Origin: Candidatus Poribacteria bacterium
GTDB taxonomy: Bacteria > Poribacteria > WGA-4E > UBA9662
Length of the DNA: 64,000 nucleotides
Direction: 5' to 3'
NCBI GenBank assembly: GCA_046582655.1
Contig: JAYGDX010000027.1
Coordinates: forward strand, 64,001 to 128,000
The notes beneath the pieces are model-generated. The model was not told the DNA's origin, did not search any database, and saw only the letters and a program-made list of their open reading frames with translations. Shown piece by piece: positions 50,034-60,149 of the stretch. The position numbers and the translations under genes were made by a program. The stretch's first letter is position 1; every line of letters starts with the position of its first letter.

Positions 50034-51164
50034 TTATTGTGTAACCTCATAGTCTTTTAGGGCTTCCATAGATTCTGGAGTTCCTAGTTTTTTTAAGGCT
50101 TCTGCTGCTGATTGTCGGATCTTGAAACCTTCATCATCCGACGCTCTTATTAGGAAAACCTGACGATAAGCTTGGATAGCTTCCTCCAGTTTCTCTTGAC
50201 CAATATAGACATGTCCCAGATTTAGATACGCTTCAGCATTCGAGGGATTGAGTTCTATTGCTCTCTGAATCAATTCGATAGCGAGGTCAAGATTTCCCTG
50301 CTGTCTATACACATCTCCCAGATTATTACATGCATCGGCATCATCAGAGTTGAGTTTGATAGCTTCCTCATAGGCCTGAATGGCTTCTTCTAATTTTCCT
50401 TGCTGATATGATTCATTCCCCTGATTAAAATATGCCATCTTTAGATTATCATATGCGTTAGTATCCTCAGGATTGAGTTCAACAGCCTTCTCGTAAGCCT
50501 GAATAGCTTCCTCTAGATTGCCTTGATCGACATAGACTAATCCCAAATTGTAATATGCATTGATGTAATCAGGATCGAGTTCGATGGTTCTTAGATAAGC
50601 TTTTCTGGCTTCTTCTAACTGGTTTTGACTGCGGTAGGTAATACCTAGATTATTATACGCGGAAACGTAATCAGGATTGAGTTCGATAGCTTTCATATAA
50701 GCTTGTACCGCTTCCTCTAATTGGTCTTGGTTGCGGTAGACATTACCCAGATTATTGTACACATCAGCGTCCTCAGGATTAAGTTCGATAGCTTTCTGGT
50801 AGGCCTGTATAGCCTCTTTAAATCTTCCTTGCTCTTTTAGCGTAACTCCTAAGTTATTGTATGCATCGATGTAATTAGGATTGAGTTTGACAGCTTCTTG
50901 ATAAGCTTGTGTGGCTTCCGCCAACTCTTCTTGGTAACGATAAGCATTACCCAAACCATAATAGGAATCAGCATCATCAGGATTAAGTTTAATAGCTTCC
51001 TGATACGCTTGTACAATTTCTTCCAACTTATCTTGATCAGTATGCAAATTATCTTGTTGAAGGATGTCTGAAATGTCAAGATCCAAGGTATCAGAATCAG
51101 GATTGTCTTTCATGGGGCCCTCCTGTTTTTTTGTTACGGAGTGAAGACTAACTTTGGGAGCCAT
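50034..51164 (-). CDS. TPR-repeat protein with a terminal HEAT-like helix pair
   Basis: About nine repeats of AYNNLG..Y..Q..LEEA.QAY.KAIELNP, ending IRQSAAEALKKLGTPE. Confidence 0.9.
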   Translation of the reverse strand: MAPKVSLHSVTKKQEGPMKDNPDSDTLDLDISDILQQDNLHTDQDKLEEIVQAYQEAIKLNPDDADSYYGLGNAYRYQEELAEATQAYQEAVKLNPNYIDAYNNLGVTLKEQGRFKEAIQAYQKAIELNPEDADVYNNLGNVYRNQDQLEEAVQAYMKAIELNPDYVSAYNNLGITYRSQNQLEEARKAYLRTIELDPDYINAYYNLGLVYVDQGNLEEAIQAYEKAVELNPEDTNAYDNLKMAYFNQGNESYQQGKLEEAIQAYEEAIKLNSDDADACNNLGDVYRQQGNLDLAIELIQRAIELNPSNAEAYLNLGHVYIGQEKLEEAIQAYRQVFLIRASDDEGFKIRQSAAEALKKLGTPESMEALKDYEVTQ

Positions 51165-51545
51165 TTGTTGTTACTATTGCTCTGGTTTCATCTTAATATG
51201 AAATCTGCCGAATCCCAATTGTACTACAGAAGAAAAATAAGAAGTTACTTATATCAGCAATTGGTTATCTATCAGGTAGTGATTGCAAGTGAGGTTACAC
51301 ACTATAGCAAGTTAGGATTTTTTTATTCGCTACTCAACTTGAACTGCCAAATCACTGACTGCTCCAGCTAACAGTAGTTTCAACTGGTCCGCTTAAATAC
51401 TTCAGAAAAATTAAAACTCTAAATTACTTGGAAGAGAAATGGGGGAAACGAGTATTAATTCTGCGAATTAATCTTTATACGTCTCCCTTAAATTGCGAGC
51501 ATAGGTATATGTATTCTAAGTCTTTTCAGAGAAGTATTAAGCGAC

Positions 51546-52955
51546 CTATGATGCTTTGGTTGTAGTATCCGGTATGTTTCGCTGAGCGTAATAGTCAGGG
51601 AGATGTTCCTTCACCAAGGTTTCCATCTCGTCCTGAGAGATGGAGGTAATGCGGCCGTCTTCGTATTGGTCCATAACCCAACGCGCAATTTTAACCAGTT
51701 TCAGTTTTCCAAGACGATCTTCCCTCTTTAATCCAAGATAATCGTTTACCCAATGAACGACGCCATCTATGCCGGATTTGTCCGTGATACCTACTGCATG
51801 TGGGCGGTTTAATACCTTGTTAGTGTCGAAAATATTGTAAATACGTTCGTCCTTGTTAAGTCCATCGGCGTGGATTCCGGCTCGTGTTACGTTAAAGTCG
51901 CGCCCAACAAAAGGATAGTTACTTGGAATATCAAAACCAACTTCATATCTGAAGTATTCTGCTATCTCTGAGATCACGCCAGGATCCATTCCGTTAGTTG
52001 TTCCTTTCAATCCGCTGTACTCAATAACAGCTCCTTCCAAAGGTGGATTCCCAGTTCGCTCACCATACCCTAGCAGCGTGCAGTTGACAAAATCACAACC
52101 GTAAAGCCAACATGTCGCCCCGTTGATGTGAACCTTATGGAAGTCGTTATGACCATGCCACTCTAAACGGTCTGGCGGACATCCACATTCATGATTCATG
52201 ATATAGACCAACTTGGGAATACTACGCGGAAGTTTAGTTCCGGGGAAACTGATACCAAAGCCCATAGTATCGCATAGACGGATCTTCGGCTTTAGATGTT
52301 CTGGGACTTGCTCACCCAGTTCCATTAACCGTTGAACATAGGGCACAACAAATCCATAAATGTCCGCACGCGTTAAGTCTTCTAGATGTAGACGAGGCCG
52401 AATACCATTTTCAATTGCCTGCCCGGCCATGTGCACATAGAAGTCGAGCGCTTTACGTCGGTCCATCTTCAGTTTGTGAAAAATGTGGTAATCAGAAGAA
52501 GACGTCAACATCCCCGTTTCCGATAATTGCATATCCTTGACTAACTTGAAATCTCCTTCGTGAGCACGAATCCAGCCGGTGATTTCCGGGAATTTGTGTC
52601 CGAGTTCCCGACAGCGGTCCACCGCTTCCCGATCTTTATTGGTATACAGAAAGAATTCGCTTTGGCGGATAATACCATTTGGACCGCTCATCTTGGACAG
52701 CAAATTGTAGAGATCCACAATTTGCTGAACAGTGTAAGGGGGACGCGCTTGCTGACCATCGCGGAAAGTAGTATCGGTGATTAACCATTCACGTTTCAGC
52801 GCTTCCTGCGGATCAAACTCGATCACTTCGCCATTTATTTCCTCATATATCTTACTGTCGAAGGCTATCCGAGGAACATCTTTATGAGGAAATAGGTCCT
52901 CTAAAAGATTCGGCTCTTCAACTTCAACGATGTCTCGACGATTCATAATTTTCAA
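51546..52955 (-). CDS. Re-citrate synthase-like DRE-TIM metallolyase
   Basis: ITDTTFRDGQQARPPY, IRQSEFFLY, SDYHIF.KL, HLED.TRAD, HGHNDF, GERTGN and AGIHADG. Confidence 0.8.
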   Translation of the reverse strand: MKIMNRRDIVEVEEPNLLEDLFPHKDVPRIAFDSKIYEEINGEVIEFDPQEALKREWLITDTTFRDGQQARPPYTVQQIVDLYNLLSKMSGPNGIIRQSEFFLYTNKDREAVDRCRELGHKFPEITGWIRAHEGDFKLVKDMQLSETGMLTSSSDYHIFHKLKMDRRKALDFYVHMAGQAIENGIRPRLHLEDLTRADIYGFVVPYVQRLMELGEQVPEHLKPKIRLCDTMGFGISFPGTKLPRSIPKLVYIMNHECGCPPDRLEWHGHNDFHKVHINGATCWLYGCDFVNCTLLGYGERTGNPPLEGAVIEYSGLKGTTNGMDPGVISEIAEYFRYEVGFDIPSNYPFVGRDFNVTRAGIHADGLNKDERIYNIFDTNKVLNRPHAVGITDKSGIDGVVHWVNDYLGLKREDRLGKLKLVKIARWVMDQYEDGRITSISQDEMETLVKEHLPDYYAQRNIPDTTTKAS

Positions 52956-52992
52956 GTCTCCTATCCTAGAATTCTAAACAAGATTAAACACC

Positions 52993-53022
52993 ATGCGAGA
53001 CTAGGAAGTTCCTAAATCGCAT
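52993..53022. other. Stem-loop/inverted repeat between acpP and the Re-citrate synthase-like gene
   Basis: ATGCGA-gac-TAGGAA-g-TTCCTA-aa-TCGCAT. Function unknown. Confidence 0.3.
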
Positions 53023-53082
53023 ATGATAAAACCTTAGAATCTTCTATTACTTAACAACGCCTGCAACTAGTCGAGCTATGTT

Positions 53083-53340
53083 TTAATCATGTTGATCAGC
53101 TACAACTTTGGCGATGTATTCTACTGCTTCTCCTACTGAAGAAATAGATAAGGCTTCCTCTTCATCCATTTCAATTTCAAATTCTTCCTCAAAACCGGCA
53201 ACTAACTCAACTGACTGCAACGACTCTGCTCCTAAATCGGAAGCAAAATCAGACTCATTCTTGATTTGAGAAGGTTCGATATTGAGAATCATTGTGGTCA
53301 CATTGATGATTCTATCGCGGATTTCCTCATTACTAAGCAT
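53083..53340 (-). CDS. acpP: Acyl carrier protein
   Basis: DLGAESLQSVELV..FEEEFEIE, carrying the phosphopantetheine Ser. Confidence 0.88.
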   Translation of the reverse strand: MLSNEEIRDRIINVTTMILNIEPSQIKNESDFASDLGAESLQSVELVAGFEEEFEIEMDEEEALSISSVGEAVEYIAKVVADQHD

Positions 53341-53360
53341 AGTTTCTTAAACTCCTTTTT

Positions 53361-54632
53361 CTAATTACTAAGAATTTGACGACGGGATTTCTTGACAGCT
53401 TCTTGACGTTCGTCTTTTGTTAATCCGTAGGCATGAGTTAGCATGTATCTGTCTGCTTCAGTAAGGGTGACTTTTCTACGACCCATCGCCGTCTCAGCAG
53501 TTTGGAGAAGCTTTCTTAAACCGAACCCTTTAAAGGTTTTACCATTAGCGAACAGGCAAAAAGAGGGCACTGTCTTGGGCAGAATCTCGCTTCCTCCGAG
53601 GATATTGGTCATCATTCCAACGATTGAACCGGTATTAAATAGTGTCCCAATACTTGTCTTGGTATGGTCACCAATAAAGCTCCCTACTTTGGTATCATTG
53701 GTGTTGATAAGCTGACCATTTAGTTTAACTTCTACAGCCGAATAGTCGTTTTTTAAATCACTATTAGTGGTCAAAGCACCCAAATTAACCCATTCGCCAA
53801 CGTAAGCATGCCCCAAGAAACCATCATGGTACTTGTTTGAGTAGCCGTGGATGATGGATTCTTCCACTTCGCCGCCAACACGGCAGACTGGGCCGATGCT
53901 GCATCCTTCACGAATCTTGCCGCCGACGATCTGTGTATCCTGACCCAAAAAGCAAGGCCCTTCAATGCGCGAGTGTGGAAAGATCGTTACTCCGTCTTCG
54001 ATGATAATTGGTCCACCGGTAGAGTCGAGCACCACCATCGGATGAATAACTGCCTTGGATGCAACGAACACTTGAGACTCATCTCCATATACGCAAGACA
54101 AGTCATGCATTTCACCATGTACACCAGTCCGTCCCAGGATCTGAAAGTCAGCAACTAAAGCTTCAGAATTATGATGAACAATATTCCAACAGTATGAGAC
54201 CAACTCCTCTTCGACTGTTCTCTGAGGAAGAACCTCGAGAACCGCATTCAGGAACTCATCCAGGTCTCGTCCGAGATATTTCCGGACTGTTTCTTGCTGC
54301 GCACGTACATAGACGATTGAGTCTTCTTTTACCCCAATTTCTTCAGGTCCTTCAGCTGTAATTTGGGTATTCATGCACAGCCATCTGCCATTGGCGAGGA
54401 ACAGGTCATCATCCAAAATTTGAAGATTATTGACCGGGGCATTCCCAACTTTGGTTTGAAAGGTATTAGTCAGGTAGTCACGTGTGAAGTAGGCAACGTC
54501 AAGATCGGAGAAGCTACGACGCAGTTTTTCCGATAAAGAAGTTGCTCCACACCGAAGCTCAAAGACTGGTCGAACCAAAGAAAGGGGATAAAAGTTCTCA
54601 TAGGTAGAGTCCTCGTAGATAACCAGTTTCAT
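53361..54632 (-). CDS. GlmU-like putative sugar nucleotidyltransferase/acetyltransferase (NTP_transf_4 plus hexapeptide repeats)
   Basis: F.PL...RP.FELRCG, GGEVEESI, NKYHDGFLGHAYVGEWVNLGA.T.NSDLKNDY and GDHTKTSIG. Confidence 0.85.
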   Translation of the reverse strand: MKLVIYEDSTYENFYPLSLVRPVFELRCGATSLSEKLRRSFSDLDVAYFTRDYLTNTFQTKVGNAPVNNLQILDDDLFLANGRWLCMNTQITAEGPEEIGVKEDSIVYVRAQQETVRKYLGRDLDEFLNAVLEVLPQRTVEEELVSYCWNIVHHNSEALVADFQILGRTGVHGEMHDLSCVYGDESQVFVASKAVIHPMVVLDSTGGPIIIEDGVTIFPHSRIEGPCFLGQDTQIVGGKIREGCSIGPVCRVGGEVEESIIHGYSNKYHDGFLGHAYVGEWVNLGALTTNSDLKNDYSAVEVKLNGQLINTNDTKVGSFIGDHTKTSIGTLFNTGSIVGMMTNILGGSEILPKTVPSFCLFANGKTFKGFGLRKLLQTAETAMGRRKVTLTEADRYMLTHAYGLTKDERQEAVKKSRRQILSN

Positions 54633-54697
54633 TTTTTTATTTCCATAGTTAGTAAATTATTTCCCTAAGTGGGTGAGGACGGGAATGTACCAGTCAC

Positions 54698-55438
54698 TTA
54701 GTCCCATTCGAGTTGTAGGTTTACGGCGGCGTCTTCGGTAATGATCCAAGTAGCATCCGGATGCATCTGTAGGGAACTGGCAGGTATCGTAGCGGTAATA
54801 GGGCCTTCAATGGACTTAGCAATTGTCTCTGCTTTATTCGATCCACTAGCTAAAAGCATAATTTTTCGGGCATCAAGAATGGTTCCGATTCCCATGGTAA
54901 TTGCTTCGGTAGGAACATCTTCTTTTCGTTCAAAAAACCTAGAGTTATCGGAGATCGTGTTTTCTGTTAGTCTGACCTTTCGGGTTCGGGATGCCAGTGA
55001 GGATCCTGGTTCATTGAAACCAATATGTCCGTTAGTACCAATACCAAGCACTTGGTAATCAATACCTCCGATACCACAAATTGCCTTTTCATAATCTTTT
55101 CCCACTTCTTCAATATTTTCTGAGAGGCCGTTGGGAACAAAAGTACTGTCTTTGTTGATATTTATGTGATCGAAAAACTCCTGATTCATGAAATAGCGAT
55201 AACTTTGATCGTGGGTTGCTTCTAATCCAACGTACTCATCCAAATTGAAAGTAACGGTAGTTGAAAAATCAGGACCTGTTTCTTGGTTGCGACGGATTAA
55301 TTCTTGGTAAAGTGGTATGGGAGTGCTTCCTGTAGCTAGCCCTAATACGTATGGTGTCTTATTTTTCATATCCGTCTCAATAAGATCTGCAGCTACTTGA
55401 CCCATATGGTTTTTATCAGAAACTATAATTACCTTCAT
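54698..55438 (-). CDS. nagB: Glucosamine-6-phosphate deaminase
   Basis: LGLATGSTP, FNLDEYVG, GIGTNGHIGFNEPG and TMGI. Confidence 0.95.
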   Translation of the reverse strand: MKVIIVSDKNHMGQVAADLIETDMKNKTPYVLGLATGSTPIPLYQELIRRNQETGPDFSTTVTFNLDEYVGLEATHDQSYRYFMNQEFFDHININKDSTFVPNGLSENIEEVGKDYEKAICGIGGIDYQVLGIGTNGHIGFNEPGSSLASRTRKVRLTENTISDNSRFFERKEDVPTEAITMGIGTILDARKIMLLASGSNKAETIAKSIEGPITATIPASSLQMHPDATWIITEDAAVNLQLEWD

Positions 55439-55626
55439 ATTTAATTACCTAAGGGGATTCTAAAAATCTGAGGAAATGTTTATATTACCAGTACATGTCC
55501 CTATCTAATATCAAAATATCCTCCAGCACTATGGGAATTTTTCGGAACCCGGTAGGATATCGGATTATTACCGTAATCTACTAAAGATTTATAGGGTAGC
55601 TATTGTGGGCCCCTTCTTAAAGCTAA

Positions 55627-55656
55627 ATTATATTTACTTCCTACTGGGGTTGTCAA
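55627..55656 (-). promoter_or_regulatory. Consensus sigma70 promoter of nagB
   Basis: On the minus strand, TTGACA (55656-55651), 18 bp, TATAAT (55632-55627). Confidence 0.65.
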
Positions 55657-55959
55657 GAAGTATGGTTAACTTCATCGGCCATCGACATTACAAAGTTAAG
55701 TTTAGAGCGTGAAAAGCTATGCGAGGTTACCTTGCACTGCGTCTCTAAGAATTGAAGCGTTCCTAATGAGTTCTACGATTTTTGAAGTAGATAATTTGGT
55801 GAACATGAAGGATATTATTAGGTTTTTTTACTCTTTCCCCATTGCCTTTTAATCTGGTTGGGACTTCAACGTAGGCTCTAACTCGTCCAGAACTGTTTAG
55901 GATCTTAATACCTTGTATTTACAACTAGAGGTACTCTGAAGAGGTGTAGTTTAGTAATG

Positions 55960-56850
55960 TTAGGCTTGTAACAGGCAATTTTTCAGGAATTTCCCGCTTC
56001 GAGTCAAGCCCTCCAGCCGTCGATCGCCGCTAAAAACCGGATCTTCGTGTTCAATCACTACTGGACATTCAATCTGCCGCTCGTGACACATGGCCAACAA
56101 TTTCTGCCAATCGAAATGGGCGAAACCAGGTAGGCGATAGCGTCCCCAGTGTCCCCAGCCACTAGAACTTCGGCGGAATATGCCATCGTGTTTAACTCGA
56201 CTGTCGAAAATTTCAGTATCCTTAGCATGAATAATATGTACACGATCGGCAAACTCGTTAAGTGCTGCATGGGCGTCAATCTTCTGCCAGATCAGATGGG
56301 ATGGATCGAGTTCCAACCCCATGACTGATGAGGGCACAGCCTCAAACATCAGGCCCCAGATTTCTGGTGTAACAGCCAGACTAGCGCCGTCGCCGAAGGG
56401 GCCACTACGCCGGTTACCCGGCCAATTCTCAAATGCGACTTTGATCCCTTTACTTTCGGCTAAATCAGCTACAGGTGAGTAGATCTCTTTGTAGCGGGCA
56501 ACATTGCCCTCCAGACTGATTTCCGGATCATAACCTAAAGGTCCTGCACCAGCCATGATGGCATTATCCATTACCTTACAAACATCCATGATTTGGCCTA
56601 GTCGACCAAGTTCACCAGTAAGGTCATCTTTACTGGTTCGAATCGATGGCCACTGAATTAGGAATGAGGAAACGGTTAATCCGTTTTCACGCAATAGATT
56701 AAGTGCGCCTAAGCGTGCAGCTTGCGCCTGATCGGTATCCCCAGTCCACTCCATCGGTGGGCCGGAAATTTCAAGGCAGTTGAACGATGGATCAGCACTA
56801 GCAAACCTAACAATTTCTTGGCTGTAATTTGTCAAAAACCCCAGTTTCAT
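55960..56850 (-). CDS. Sugar phosphate isomerase/epimerase (IolE/MocC-like TIM barrel)
   Basis: FENWPG, LELDPSHL.WQ, HAKDTE, RLPG and IEHED. ATG at 56850 with an AAGGAG RBS. Confidence 0.85.
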   Translation of the reverse strand: MKLGFLTNYSQEIVRFASADPSFNCLEISGPPMEWTGDTDQAQAARLGALNLLRENGLTVSSFLIQWPSIRTSKDDLTGELGRLGQIMDVCKVMDNAIMAGAGPLGYDPEISLEGNVARYKEIYSPVADLAESKGIKVAFENWPGNRRSGPFGDGASLAVTPEIWGLMFEAVPSSVMGLELDPSHLIWQKIDAHAALNEFADRVHIIHAKDTEIFDSRVKHDGIFRRSSSGWGHWGRYRLPGFAHFDWQKLLAMCHERQIECPVVIEHEDPVFSGDRRLEGLTRSGKFLKNCLLQA

Positions 56851-56904
56851 AATTGACTCCTTTAAAATTGCATTCGACATATTATGGCGAATGACTAATC
56901 CTCA

Positions 56905-57250
56905 GATAGATACTAGTTGAGGCATTTGACCATCTCTGAAATGTAGTTCGTCCCCTGGCTTTGGGTTTCCAAGATGTCAGGTCCATGACCTGCTTTGGGA
57001 ATACGTAGGAACTTAATATTAACGCCTGCTTGACCAAGTGCTTCCGTGAACCTCTCCAGTTGCGAAATAAGAACCACCTCATCAATTTCTCCATGGATCA
57101 GCAGAAAAGGCGGATCGTTAGCTATAAATGGGAGAGGCTTCTACGGCCCACTTGTATTCGATCGACTTGGGGTCGGTTTGATGGTCAATACGTATTCCTA
57201 AGAACAGCGAACAGGTACTCCGGTCTGGTATGTTAAGTATGGTCCGAACA
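56905..57250 (-). pseudogene. Alpha/beta hydrolase C-terminal remnant
   Basis: Minus strand reads EASPI, frameshift, DPPFLLIHGEIDEVVLISQ...AGHG. No N-terminal half is present. Confidence 0.7.
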
Positions 57251-57287
57251 TAAGTGGACTCGATAGTGATATGCAAGGGATCCCGCG

Positions 57288-58517
57288 TCAATATGTGTTT
57301 GCTAGTGCGTTTGCCACTTTATTGATGGCTGTGGCCATATCGTTGATATCGGATACGTCCATGTGTTCGTGGATTCCCATTACAGCTACCGTGCCAAGTC
57401 CATGAACAGCATTGGGTACTAATTCTGGACCATAATGATACTGGCGCGAGACGTAGGGACTGTTAAATGGGAAACCGCTGTTTCCATAGGTTTTCCCCTT
57501 GGTCAGAAATCCGCCGCGCATGTAGATTGGGTCTTTGATGTAATGAGGTGACACCGGAACACCTTCAGCGGTGACGGCACGACAGAACTCCCCTGCATCA
57601 TGTTTAGTAATGTGGAAGATATAATTCCACCAAGATACTTCCCTATCTTGTGGCAGAGGCACAGTTTCGATCCCTGGTGCCTCTGCGATCTGATTGGTGA
57701 GTCGTTTGCCCAGTGTCGCACGACGTTCGACTACTGATCGGACTTTTTCCAGTTGGGCAATACCAACGGCACCTTGCATTTCGGTCATTCGGTAGTTTGG
57801 GGCTAAAAAGGCATGATCGCGATCGCCCATATACTGATAGTCCCAGCCTTTATCGGAAAACAACTTGAGTCGGATATAAGTGTCTTCATCATTGGTGATG
57901 GTAAACCCACCATCACCAGTGGTCATATGTTTGGACTGCTGAAGGCTGAAACAGCCCATGTGACCGAATGTACCGGCATAGCGACCTTTGTATTTGGTAG
58001 CGTGAGTTTGACTACAATCTTCGATCAAGATCAAATTGTATTTTTCGGCAATTTTGATAACCTGGTCGATTTCACAAGGATGACCGAAAAGGTGTACCAA
58101 GACGATGGCACGGGTTCGGTCGGTAATGTTGGCTTCTATGGAGTCTGGTATCATGTTCAGCGATAGAGGATCGACATCGGCAAAAACGGGCACCGCATTC
58201 TGTATTAGGATTGGCATTACACTACCGGGATCAGTAATAGGGGCAGTGATGATCTCGTCACCTGGTTCGGGGTCAACAACGCCAATTGCTGTGTGAATGG
58301 CTGCTGTCCCACTGGTCGAGGCCTGGGCATGATTTGTGCCGTAAAAAGTGGCAACTCGCTGTTCAAATTCTTTGACAAAGGTGCCACTTTTGCCAAACAA
58401 GTTTTGGCTCCGTACGGCCTGCAAGAGCAATTCTTCCTCTCTTTTTCCAAACGGCGTCCGTCTGGGAAACGGAGTGTGTCGCACTTTTTCTCCACCATTA
58501 ATGGCTAGTGTTGTCAT
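57288..58517 (-). CDS. DegT/DnrJ/EryC1/StrS family PLP aminotransferase
   Basis: SGTAAIH, VHLFG, IEDCSQ, SLQQSKHMTTGDGG and NYRMTE. Confidence 0.92.
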   Translation of the reverse strand: MTTLAINGGEKVRHTPFPRRTPFGKREEELLLQAVRSQNLFGKSGTFVKEFEQRVATFYGTNHAQASTSGTAAIHTAIGVVDPEPGDEIITAPITDPGSVMPILIQNAVPVFADVDPLSLNMIPDSIEANITDRTRAIVLVHLFGHPCEIDQVIKIAEKYNLILIEDCSQTHATKYKGRYAGTFGHMGCFSLQQSKHMTTGDGGFTITNDEDTYIRLKLFSDKGWDYQYMGDRDHAFLAPNYRMTEMQGAVGIAQLEKVRSVVERRATLGKRLTNQIAEAPGIETVPLPQDREVSWWNYIFHITKHDAGEFCRAVTAEGVPVSPHYIKDPIYMRGGFLTKGKTYGNSGFPFNSPYVSRQYHYGPELVPNAVHGLGTVAVMGIHEHMDVSDINDMATAINKVANALANTY

Positions 58518-58595
58518 GACTGTACCAAAGTTGAGTTTTTCTTATTCTACCAGATATTATCAGATAGGACAATTATCTATAGAAGAAGGTTAATA

Positions 58596-58648
58596 CATGA
58601 TAATATTTAGGATAAAGGCCTCTCAACTTTAGAGTAAATATTATCATG
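58596..58648. repeat. Perfect 14-bp inverted repeat in a divergent intergenic region
   Basis: CATGATAATATTTA (58596-58609) and TAAATATTATCATG (58635-58648). Confidence 0.7.
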
Positions 58649-58674
58649 AGTAATATGTTCCAGGACGTAAAGAT

Positions 58675-59979
58675 ATGAAAGTCGCATTCGGCAAGGTTTC
58701 AATCACGCCGCCCATCAATAACACCTTTCCCGATTTTTTCTTTCAGCCGGAGGGTGTGTTGGACGAGATTTACGCCAGAGCGGCTATCCTAGATGCAGGT
58801 TCGTCACCAGTCATCATCGTGGCATTGGATGTTCTTGGCGTTGGTGTAGCCGAGGTTGCGGACTTAGAGACAGCTCTCTCCGACAAAATCGGGATTGCTA
58901 CTGAGCGGGTATGGATAGCTGGAAGTCACAGTCATTCGGCACCAATTTTGTGCCCAATTGATCTCTATGGCGGATTCAGCCCTTATTTAACCGGACTGAA
59001 AGATCGTCTGGTCAGCTTAATTGACGATTTATTGCTTCGGTTGCAACCTGTCACTATCCATTTCGGTCGATCGACCTGCGACTTTAACGTCAATCGTCGC
59101 CGGATTGATGAAAACGGCAACTGCAGTATGGCTCCTAATCCGAATGGGATAGTTGATAAAAGTGTGCCGGTGATTAGCTGTCGCAATGTTGACAACACTC
59201 TGATCGGTGTCCTCTTCAGTTACTGTTGTCATCCGACCATTCTACTGGGGCCCAAAATTTCCGGCGACTATCCAGGTTGGTCACAACTCATACTGGAAGA
59301 AGAATACGACTCGGCAGTGGCTCTATTTCTTCCCGGTGTTTTTGGTAATGTTAGACCTCATCTCGACGCAGGAGATCGTTTCCGGTCAGGAACCGAAGCA
59401 GATGTTATCTCATGCGGTCAGGAGTTGGCGGAAGCCGTGCAGGACGGTCTGCAAAATTGTCGCGATCTGTCGATTGATACCATCCACACTTGGCGAAGTA
59501 AACCTCAACTGCCGATTGCCAACCCACTATCAAAAGATGAACTGGACCAGATAGCAACCCAGTCAATCAAATCTCAAAGACAGAGCGATTCGCCTGGGTT
59601 TTGGAAAGGTGGATTTCATGTTGCCCAACGACAATGGGTACAGCAGGTTCGATTAGAACAAGCAGAGGACCGTGTGTCAACTCATCAACCCTACACTTTT
59701 TCAAGGTTGCAACTGGGTGAGTTGAATTGGATTGGACTGTCTGGTGAGTTCTTCTTGGAATACGGTGTTTATGCCCAGCAGCTAGGAGATGCTGAGACCA
59801 CACTGGCATTCGGGTACACGCAGGGATGCCAAACCTACGTGCCGACAGCCGAAGCCCTGACGCAAGGTGGATATGAAGTTGAGGCTTACAAACGCTGGAA
59901 ACAGAGTGCTCCCTTCGAGCCAGAAGTGGAAGAAGTGGTCAAAAAAGCTATTGCCGATCTGATGGTACGTCAACCTTAA
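58675..59979 (+). CDS. Neutral/alkaline ceramidase-like hydrolase
   Basis: ITPP, D.IYARA, SHSHSAP, NRR, CHPT, SGDYPG, GEFF and Y.PT....GGYE. Confidence 0.8.
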   Translation: MKVAFGKVSITPPINNTFPDFFFQPEGVLDEIYARAAILDAGSSPVIIVALDVLGVGVAEVADLETALSDKIGIATERVWIAGSHSHSAPILCPIDLYGGFSPYLTGLKDRLVSLIDDLLLRLQPVTIHFGRSTCDFNVNRRRIDENGNCSMAPNPNGIVDKSVPVISCRNVDNTLIGVLFSYCCHPTILLGPKISGDYPGWSQLILEEEYDSAVALFLPGVFGNVRPHLDAGDRFRSGTEADVISCGQELAEAVQDGLQNCRDLSIDTIHTWRSKPQLPIANPLSKDELDQIATQSIKSQRQSDSPGFWKGGFHVAQRQWVQQVRLEQAEDRVSTHQPYTFSRLQLGELNWIGLSGEFFLEYGVYAQQLGDAETTLAFGYTQGCQTYVPTAEALTQGGYEVEAYKRWKQSAPFEPEVEEVVKKAIADLMVRQP

Positions 59980-60149
59980 CTATTTTGAATTGATGTTAAT
60001 GTTGTGATTTGATAAACAATGAAATCGATGGTAATGCAGTGGCATGAGGGGGAGATTGTTGGTTTCTTATCAGGGGCTGACCCTGGTCGTAAATATCAGC
60101 ATAGTGATTTTATAGAACAGATGTCAAGTTTGAATCGAATGCTCAGTTT

